A DNA stretch of 64,000 bases from Candidatus Daviesbacteria bacterium RIFCSPHIGHO2_12_FULL_37_16 (GTDB taxonomy: Bacteria > Patescibacteriota > Microgenomatia > Daviesbacterales > UBA10151): the NCBI GenBank assembly GCA_001776785.1, contig MFDF01000006.1, positions 16,769 to 80,768 on the forward strand, written 5' to 3'. Shown here piece by piece: positions 57,383 through 64,000 of this stretch (position 1 is its first letter; each line of letters starts with the position of its first letter). Both the position numbers and the translations under genes were made by a program. The notes under the pieces were generated by a model that was not told the DNA's origin, made no database searches, and worked only from the letters and a program-made list of their open reading frames with translations.

Positions 57383-59743
57383 TTATAGTCTGGCGCGGTT
57401 GGAGATTTCGGCTTCTACCATAGTTCTATCCCTGCCATAGGTTAACCTGGAGAGTTCTTTAATTGCCCTTCCTACATCAGGCCTTAACATAGCTTTCCAG
57501 GCTTTCATATCCTTAATAGTTGAAACAGAAAAAGGCGGGACAGGCTCACCTGCAACCTGAGTTTTCATATATACATGAAAGGCTTCAATATTGACTAAAT
57601 CTTTTTCATCAAAGATTGGTTGGAATTCATGCTGCAGGAAGCTAGCATCTGTTACTCCAACCCTAAAGGCTACAACTGACCCTACATTTCCAAAAACTGC
57701 ATTTTTTAAATCTTCCCCTATCTGGCCAATAAACTGATTGGCTACTGTTAAATTTAACCTGTATTTTCTGGCCTCAGATAAAATCTCTGCAAAGGTGTCT
57801 GTGGCGAAATTTTGAAACTCATCAACATAAAGATAAAAATCCCTTCTCTGGTCTACAGGCATATCTGCCCTGGACATGGCAGCAGCCAGTAGTTTTGGCA
57901 CCAAGACTAATCCCAGGAAGTTTGAGTATTCCTCCCCTATCCTTCCTTTAGAGAGGTTAACAATTAAGATCTTTCCTTCATCCATGACTTTTCTTAAGTT
58001 AAATGAAGACTCTGACTGGCCAATAATATTTCTCATCATGATGTTGGTGACAAAGCGGCCAAATTTGGAAACATTGTAGTCTAAGATCTCTGATTTGTGG
58101 AAGTCTGCAGTCTGGGCAATCTGGTCAGTCCAATACCTTCTGACAACAGGGTCACCAACATAGGGCAATAACTCTTTGACAAACTCAGGGTCTGTTAAGA
58201 CTCTAACAACCTCTAAAAATGTTCCGCCGGGACGGGACATAACAGTAAGCATGGCGTTTCTGACATTGTGTTCAAAGCGGGGGCCAATGATACCTGTTTT
58301 ATTTGGATCATAAAGTTTGTACATAAGTCCTATAATTGAGGCCACCACAAAGTGCTTTTGTTCTTCTGAGGTAGCTTCAAGCATGTTCACACCCATAGGC
58401 CTGTCTGTATCTGATGGGTCAAAGTAGATAACATCCTGGGCCCTATTGGGCGGGATAAGCTCCAACATCTCCTCTGCTGCATCACCGTGGGGATCAATAA
58501 AACATAAACCCTTGCCTGCATGGATGTCCTGGATCATTAAGGTTTTTAAAAGCTCTGATTTTCCTGTACCAGTCCTTCCGATAATATACATGTGCCTTCT
58601 TCTGTCATCCTCTGAAATATAGACAGGCCGTTCAACTCCCCTAAAGACAGATTTTCCTATATATAACCCAGAAGTTGGGATCTTTTCAGGAGCAGGTGCA
58701 GACTTGGCTGGCAGCCAGGTGATGTGAGGGGTTTCAATGGCTTTTGATGGAAAATGAAAAACAGAGGCTATCTCATCTGATGTTAAAACTGGCAATCTGT
58801 CAAAGCGTGGTAAGTATCTGTAAATAAAGTCTTTAATAAAACCTTTTTCAGAGCGAGTTTTCATGCCTGAGAAACCATTGTAAGGGCCATTAAACTGCTC
58901 AAATGAGGCCTTAATATTAGACAAATGTGCCCTGGCTGCTTCTTTTGAGGTAGAAGAGGTGACAATCCTGATAACTGCATTAAAGCCTGATTTTTGGATT
59001 TTTCCTTCAACTGCTTCAATTTGTTTTTGGTCGGGGGGGGCTTTAGGTTTTTCTCCATCTCCAGGGTCCCTTTCTTTTTTTATAAACTTTTTACCAGGCT
59101 CTTTCCACTTTCCATCTGCCGGGGCAATGATCATTTGGACTACTGCTCCCTCCCCTGGCTGCATTTTGGCTAAAGCTGATGTTAAACCGGAGAGGGGATC
59201 TGTTGGCAGGTCTTTATAAGTTTTTATTGGGAAGTAATTATTAGCTCTAAGCCCCAGCATGGTGTAGGCTACCTCACCTGTTTCTGAAAAGATGTTATAT
59301 TCAGGGACTTCTTTTATTGAGGCATCAGGGTAGGCTCCATTAATCTGCTTTTCTACCAGATCCTGGAATTTTTTATGACAGGAGACATAAAATCTGATGG
59401 ATTCAGGCAAGGCTACAATTTCAAAGGTGATGTGGGGCTGGGGCCTCAAAAAATCAAGCCAACTAATAAACCCGCCTGAGGTTTTAATAGAGTAAAGGGC
59501 GCTCATTAATTGTTCTGCTGCGTCTATTTTTATCTCATTTCCCCTGGGGATTGTGACCTGGAGGAGGACAAAACCTAATGAGTATTGTTCCCTGTCCCTA
59601 TATTTATACCAGCCTATGATGTGAGGCAAAAAATAATAGATTAGGCCTGCAATGGATAAAATGGCAGTAATAATACCTCCTGCTATTAGAAGCAGGCTGA
59701 AAAAATTAAAATTTTGTGGGGTTTGGGCAAGTTGAGCTTCCAA
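57383..59743 (-). CDS. VirD4/TraG/TraD-like coupling-protein ATPase (T4SS DNA-transfer family, FtsK/HerA superfamily)
   Basis: N-terminal TM helix. Walker A GRTGTGKS, then FIDPHGD, and Walker B LYVDEFQNF. Confidence 0.5.
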   Translation of the reverse strand: MEAQLAQTPQNFNFFSLLLIAGGIITAILSIAGLIYYFLPHIIGWYKYRDREQYSLGFVLLQVTIPRGNEIKIDAAEQLMSALYSIKTSGGFISWLDFLRPQPHITFEIVALPESIRFYVSCHKKFQDLVEKQINGAYPDASIKEVPEYNIFSETGEVAYTMLGLRANNYFPIKTYKDLPTDPLSGLTSALAKMQPGEGAVVQMIIAPADGKWKEPGKKFIKKERDPGDGEKPKAPPDQKQIEAVEGKIQKSGFNAVIRIVTSSTSKEAARAHLSNIKASFEQFNGPYNGFSGMKTRSEKGFIKDFIYRYLPRFDRLPVLTSDEIASVFHFPSKAIETPHITWLPAKSAPAPEKIPTSGLYIGKSVFRGVERPVYISEDDRRRHMYIIGRTGTGKSELLKTLMIQDIHAGKGLCFIDPHGDAAEEMLELIPPNRAQDVIYFDPSDTDRPMGVNMLEATSEEQKHFVVASIIGLMYKLYDPNKTGIIGPRFEHNVRNAMLTVMSRPGGTFLEVVRVLTDPEFVKELLPYVGDPVVRRYWTDQIAQTADFHKSEILDYNVSKFGRFVTNIMMRNIIGQSESSFNLRKVMDEGKILIVNLSKGRIGEEYSNFLGLVLVPKLLAAAMSRADMPVDQRRDFYLYVDEFQNFATDTFAEILSEARKYRLNLTVANQFIGQIGEDLKNAVFGNVGSVVAFRVGVTDASFLQHEFQPIFDEKDLVNIEAFHVYMKTQVAGEPVPPFSVSTIKDMKAWKAMLRPDVGRAIKELSRLTYGRDRTMVEAEISNRARL

Positions 59744-59794
59744 GTTAATTGTCCTTTAGAAGTATTTTACAGTTGCTTTAATCTTAAAGCAATG

Positions 59795-60199
59795 TTAAGC
59801 GGCTTTTTTAGTACTGGTTACTTGTACCTGGCCCTGGATTCCCTGGGCTTTCATTTTTTTATTCATAGCTTCAATTTTTTCATTTAGGGCACTACCTGAT
59901 TTTCCAAAACCTATTTTAGAAACCCAATCCCTCTCAAGCTTTTCCAATACTGGGACATTATCCATAAGTCTGACAGTTTTGTATGGGTCAGGGACCTCAG
60001 GGATTTTTAAATCTGCATTTTTTAAATCATCCGGGGAGATAACTATCTGGTCCGGGAGAGGGTCATTTAAGTCATGTTTTGGGGATTGAACTGCTGAGGA
60101 TAAGGCAGGCTCCAGCGTTGCATCAGCAACATTCTGGGCAATATTTTCTTGGTGGGCTTTTTTCCAAGCATCAAGTTCAATTATTTTTTCTTCGGGCAT
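59795..60199 (-). CDS. Hypothetical protein
   Basis: 134-aa ORF. Confidence 0.3.
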   Translation of the reverse strand: MPEEKIIELDAWKKAHQENIAQNVADATLEPALSSAVQSPKHDLNDPLPDQIVISPDDLKNADLKIPEVPDPYKTVRLMDNVPVLEKLERDWVSKIGFGKSGSALNEKIEAMNKKMKAQGIQGQVQVTSTKKAA

Positions 60200-60209
60200 T
60201 AAATTTATC

Positions 60210-60488
60210 TTACCAGAAAATTAAAACTTTGCCCAATATTTTTGATCTGTCTACTTCACCAAAGTCTTTTGAGTCTAGAGTATTATCCCCTTCCACTTTA
60301 TATTTTTCACTTTCCACTTTAATAATTCTTTTAATAATAAATTTTTTATCTGATTTAAAAATAATTAAGTCATTTACTTTTGGTGGAGAAAAAAGGTAAG
60401 GCAAGAAACTGGCTATGACAAACTGACCAGGGTTTAGGGTGGGAACCATAGAGTGGCCTGAGACTTCAAATTTAGATAGCAATATCAT
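60210..60488 (-). CDS. sodX: NiSOD maturation peptidase SodX (S26/S24 signal-peptidase-like)
   Basis: GHSMVPTL catalytic Ser motif. Immediately downstream of sodN. Confidence 0.6.
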   Translation of the reverse strand: MILLSKFEVSGHSMVPTLNPGQFVIASFLPYLFSPPKVNDLIIFKSDKKFIIKRIIKVESEKYKVEGDNTLDSKDFGEVDRSKILGKVLIFW

Positions 60489-60494
60489 ATAAGC

Positions 60495-60555
60495 TTGTCA
60501 TTCCCGCGGAAGCGGGAATCCAGAACGCTGGATCCCCGATCATGTCGGGGATGAC
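60495..60555. repeat. Palindromic repeat element, copy C, between sodN and sodX
   Basis: TGTCATTCCCGCGGAAGCGGGAATCC ... ATCCCCGATCATGTCGGGGATGACA contains three nested hairpins and terminal TGTCAT/ATGACA. Confidence 0.55.
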
Positions 60556-60563
60556 ACTTTGTG

Positions 60564-61061
60564 TCATTTGTGAGAGACAATTTCACCTTCTGTTGGGTAG
60601 AGTGATGGAATTCTAACTGGTTCTAAATTTTTAGTCTGAAAAAAGATCTCTGCAATTTTTTGGGTGTTTTCTAAAAGCTCATTTGCTGCATCCAAATTAA
60701 TTTCCTGTTTAGTTTTTGAGGCTAATTTCATTGTTTTCCAGACTAAATCATGTAAATCTGGGAATTTTTCTAAGTGCTCTTCCTTAAAATAATCAGACCA
60801 TAAAACCTGGAGTTCTCTTTTTAATATTTCTGCATGGTCTTCTTTGACTTTGGTAAGCCTTGAAAGCTGATGAGTGTACTTTTTCTCAGACTGTTCACTA
60901 TCATCCTCCTCATTTAAATCCTGAATCATAGAAGTCATCCTGATTACAGTGTGAGATGCTGTCTGCATGTTGTGTGGGTCATAGATTCCACAGGGGATGT
61001 CACAGTGAGCATAAACTGGTTGTGATGGAAGAATTGAGAATAATGAATGAAGGATATTCAT
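60564..61061 (-). CDS. sodN: Nickel superoxide dismutase precursor
   Basis: Propeptide followed by the HCDIPCGIYDP nickel-hook motif. Confidence 0.8.
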   Translation of the reverse strand: MNILHSLFSILPSQPVYAHCDIPCGIYDPHNMQTASHTVIRMTSMIQDLNEEDDSEQSEKKYTHQLSRLTKVKEDHAEILKRELQVLWSDYFKEEHLEKFPDLHDLVWKTMKLASKTKQEINLDAANELLENTQKIAEIFFQTKNLEPVRIPSLYPTEGEIVSHK

Positions 61062-61160
61062 TACAAAAATCTTAGCACTTTTTGGTAAAAAGAAAAGATA
61101 TAAAAGAGTAAGAAAAATTATTGATTTGAATACTATAAGTTACTGTGATATAATTTAAAC

Positions 61161-61457
61161 ATGTCTAATAAGGAAAATCCATTTGAAAACTTTGTAGAAA
61201 GATGGCCAATGCCTGAGTCTATGCATTCTGAAGAATTTCATGACTGGATAAAAGGCTTAGACCCTGAAGATCAGAAAAAAGTTTCAGGTCATCTTAGTAA
61301 TTTTATGAGAAGAAGCTTAGATGGAATGAGTTTGGAGCAGGTTATTGGAAAAGATCCTATAACAGAGGCTCCTGATGCCTATCAAAACGCCTTTCCCTCA
61401 ACTGATATTCCAGATATTTTTAAAAGTGCTTTTGAAAAAGGTTCTGATTCGAAATAA
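61161..61457 (+). CDS. Hypothetical protein
   Basis: 98-aa ORF. Confidence 0.3.
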   Translation: MSNKENPFENFVERWPMPESMHSEEFHDWIKGLDPEDQKKVSGHLSNFMRRSLDGMSLEQVIGKDPITEAPDAYQNAFPSTDIPDIFKSAFEKGSDSK

Positions 61458-61486
61458 GTTTTATTTTAGCTTTTCTAAATAGTCTC

Positions 61487-61777
61487 TTAAGGCTGTTTTT
61501 GAGTGGTTTTATTTAATTTTTCTTTAATCCACATTCTTGCCAAAGTTGTAGGACCAATCCCAAGATGTGATGCCTTTTTACGAAGCTGCTGAATATCATC
61601 AGATTCAAACCTTATAGTTAGAGTATCCATCTTGGCTGCATGATGGATACCAACTTTGATATCCTTTCCAAAAACATCAACCGCATCATGGGTATCCCAA
61701 AAATTGGCCTCCTCCTCTAAGGTTTTGAAAGGCTTAGTTGGCTTTATTGTTCCTTTTTTAGCAAATGTTACTTTCAT
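61487..61777 (-). CDS. brnA: BrnA-like antitoxin (ribbon-helix-helix)
   Basis: EEEANFWDTHD motif. Overlaps the upstream toxin gene by 4 nt. Confidence 0.55.
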   Translation of the reverse strand: MKVTFAKKGTIKPTKPFKTLEEEANFWDTHDAVDVFGKDIKVGIHHAAKMDTLTIRFESDDIQQLRKKASHLGIGPTTLARMWIKEKLNKTTQKQP

Positions 61778-62067
61778 TTTTTATCCTCTTTTTCAAACTT
61801 ATTCTGATATAATAATTTCTCTTTTTTCTTAGCAGACCTTGCAGTTACTAATCCATATCTATGTAATCCAACTCTTTGACCTATTATAACAGTAATCAAT
61901 CTCTGGTTTAATGTTTTACCAGTAAGTAGTATCCTATCAGATTTTCCCCTAGCTGTAATATAATCACCAAATACTATTTCTAAAACTTCATCAATCGTAA
62001 CTTTATGCTTGGCTATGTGCTCTGGTCTATCTTCTTCAATAACTAGTTCCTCAATAATTAGATCCAT
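61774..62067 (-). CDS. brnT: BrnT-like toxin (DUF497 ribonuclease)
   Basis: About 97 aa with an HIAKHKVTIDEVLEIVF block. Toxin-first gene order is typical of brnTA. Confidence 0.55.
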   Translation of the reverse strand: MDLIIEELVIEEDRPEHIAKHKVTIDEVLEIVFGDYITARGKSDRILLTGKTLNQRLITVIIGQRVGLHRYGLVTARSAKKKEKLLYQNKFEKEDKK

Positions 62068-62103
62068 AATTATTGTAACACGTTGTCTTACAAAATGTAT
62101 ATA

Positions 62104-63033
62104 CTATTTTAAATTTTCTAGGTAGTCTTCTACTTCCAGGGCGGCTTTGGTGCCTGCACCTGCGGCTGTGACACCTTGGCGGTATTTGTGGTCTGAGACA
62201 TCCCCTGCTACAAAGACTCCATCTACTGAGGTGTAGATTTCATCTGTTACTAAAATATAACCTTTTTCATCCAGATCTATCTGGCCTTTTAGAAAACCTG
62301 TATTTGGTTTGTGGCCAATGGCGACAAAAACCCCATCAATGGGCATTTGGGAGATTTCACCAGTTTGAGTATCTTTTAATTTAACTCCTGTAACTTTTTG
62401 ATCTCCCAGGATCTCTTCTATAACTGTATTAAATTTAAATTCCACATTTTCTTTGGATTTAACCAGCTCTTCTAAAGCAGCCTGGGCGCGCAAGCTGTCA
62501 CGGCGGTGCACGACAGTCACTTTATTTGCAAGCTTAGATAAATGCTGGGCTTCCCTCATGGCTGTATCCCCTCCTCCAACTACTATTAAATTTTTGCCTT
62601 TAAAGAAAAAGCCATCACAAACTGCACATGCAGATACCCCCTTGCCAATAAATTTTTGCTCAGACTCCAGACCCAACCATTGTGCTGATGCACCTGTGGC
62701 TATTATAATGCTTTCAGCTTTTAGACTACTGCTTTCAGTATTAACCACGAATGGTTTTTGAGAAAAGTCCACAGATACAACGTCTTCTTCAATAAATCTG
62801 GTATCAAACCTACTAGCCTGCTTTCTGATTTTTTGCATCAACTCTGGCCCCTGGATGCCTTCAGGAAATCCTGGAAAGTCATCCACGTCTGTTGTCAGCA
62901 TTAATTGACCGCCAGCTGCCCTGCCTGAAATTACCAGGGGATTTGCCCCTCCGCGGGCTGCATAAATGGCTGCAGTTAAACCTGCAGGACCAGAACCAAT
63001 AATAATAAGCCTTTCAACTTTGGGATTTTCCAT
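62104..63033 (-). CDS. trxB: Thioredoxin-disulfide reductase
   Basis: IIGSGPAG FAD motif, CAVC redox-active disulfide, and NAD(P)-binding GGGDTA. Confidence 0.9.
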   Translation of the reverse strand: MENPKVERLIIIGSGPAGLTAAIYAARGGANPLVISGRAAGGQLMLTTDVDDFPGFPEGIQGPELMQKIRKQASRFDTRFIEEDVVSVDFSQKPFVVNTESSSLKAESIIIATGASAQWLGLESEQKFIGKGVSACAVCDGFFFKGKNLIVVGGGDTAMREAQHLSKLANKVTVVHRRDSLRAQAALEELVKSKENVEFKFNTVIEEILGDQKVTGVKLKDTQTGEISQMPIDGVFVAIGHKPNTGFLKGQIDLDEKGYILVTDEIYTSVDGVFVAGDVSDHKYRQGVTAAGAGTKAALEVEDYLENLK

Positions 63034-63180
63034 GGATATTATTCTAACATGGGGAAAAGTTCTTTAACATTACTAAAAGTACCACGGGGTTTTAAGGTAT
63101 CACGAGTATCACGGGGACATAAGTCCTTTTTATCTTACCCGTGGTACCTGTGGTACCCGTACCTCCCGTGATACCCTTCC

Positions 63181-63423
63181 TTACCTTGCTGTAGCTGCAG
63201 GTGTTGCAGTTTTAGTCCCTGATTTAGTTGCTTCTTTGGGGCTAGCTGAAGCAGAAGCAGTAGGTGTAGGGCTAAGTATTGGTGAAGGTGATATTGTTAC
63301 TTGTGGAGTTGGGCTTGGTGAGGCTTCTGTGGTAGCTTGGTACCTTCCCCTAAGCCAGACTAAGTAGGCTGCCAAAAGCACAATGATCAAAATGATTACT
63401 ACTATAGTTACATTTCTACTCAA
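63181..63423 (-). CDS. Small membrane protein with Ser/Thr/Pro-rich tail (hypothetical)
   Basis: 80 aa with an N-terminal TM helix. Confidence 0.3.
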   Translation of the reverse strand: MSRNVTIVVIILIIVLLAAYLVWLRGRYQATTEASPSPTPQVTISPSPILSPTPTASASASPKEATKSGTKTATPAATAR

Positions 63424-63751
63424 AAGTTAAATCACCCCAATCCTTGGCAGTTTGGATTTAGTATATTGACCTAGATTTATTTTGACAAGTACTTAAAATT
63501 TGTAATTTGAATTACTGACAAAAATCAAATTCAGTTATAGATTAAATACAGCGTGGGAGGAAAGGTTTATTTCAGTTTCAAGACTTATTTAATTTTTATT
63601 ATACTTTCTTTTTTTCACCCCAATAAATTTTCTAAAAAAGCTGCAAAGTTATCTAAAAATAAACGAAGCTTTTCTGCGAATAAATTAGGTATCCTGTATT
63701 TTTTTATTAATATCCAGTTCGGGTTACTGCTTTTTGGATTAATCAAAGTTT

Positions 63752-64000
63752 ATGCTTCCAAAAATTCAGATATTTTTTCTCCATCTTTAGTTTTTTTCCC
63801 AACTATGTCTGAAATAATTTTTATTACTCCACTTATTGGGTTTGGATTTATTTCTTTTATAATTTTTTTACATCTGATTGCAAAATTTGTAGGAGGGGTT
63901 GGAAGTTTAAAATCTACACTTCTATCCAGCGCCTGGATGAGTGCCCCACTGATATTTATTTGGGTGCCTTATATCCAGGCAGCTGCAATTATACTTCAAA
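63752..64000 (+). CDS. Membrane protein, 3'-truncated by the window edge (hypothetical)
   Basis: Open frame from the ATG at 63752 to the window end. Hydrophobic. Not in the ORF track because no stop lies within the window. Confidence 0.3.

Noticed and set aside
1-64000. CRISPR array or alternative genetic code
   Set aside because: No regularly spaced repeat-spacer arrays of at least 20-bp units were found. The only tandem repeats are 7-mers of 35 bp or less. Long conserved proteins (purL 938 aa, polA, ftsH, the 1774-aa ORF) read through without in-frame TGA/TAG under the standard code, so recoding is unnecessary.

Overview
This is an AT-rich bacterial contig (GC is low on inspection). Long conserved genes read through intact under the standard code. 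Taxonomic reading is inference only: the mix of a bacterial backbone (pth, recF, polA, ftsH, xerC, trxB) with archaeal-type enzymes (two PurP ATP-grasp paralogs, ATP-dependent DNA ligase, EndoQ-like PHP nuclease) and a four-helix-bundle protein suggests a reduced, CPR/Patescibacteria-like genome.

The main blocks are:
- 1-13.2 kb: a purine-biosynthesis cluster (folD, a purS-purL fusion, purQ, purA, tandem purP, purB, purE, purC, purM).
- 13-45 kb: housekeeping and repair genes (pth, EndoQ-like, tatD, DNA ligase, fic, recF, glycosyltransferases, polA, ftsH, trpS, and a sucC/sucD-like plus citryl-CoA-lyase-like trio).
- 45-57.4 kb: a compositionally distinct, tRNA-bounded island. It encodes a 1774-aa proline-rich giant protein with an embedded GT9-like (heptosyltransferase-fold) domain and a small acidic upstream partner. 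It also carries GIY-YIG and RRM proteins, a tRNA-fMet with a duplicated 3' end, a XerC-like recombinase and tRNA remnants, followed by a VirD4/TraG-like ATPase.
- 57-64 kb: sodN/sodX (nickel superoxide dismutase and its peptidase), a brnT/brnA pair and trxB.

A dispersed family of short palindromic repeats with GTCATTC...GGATGAC-type termini occurs between genes and also in-frame inside polA and tatD. There is a candidate promoter-to-terminator small RNA or leader at 41.25-41.59 kb. No CRISPR array was found.
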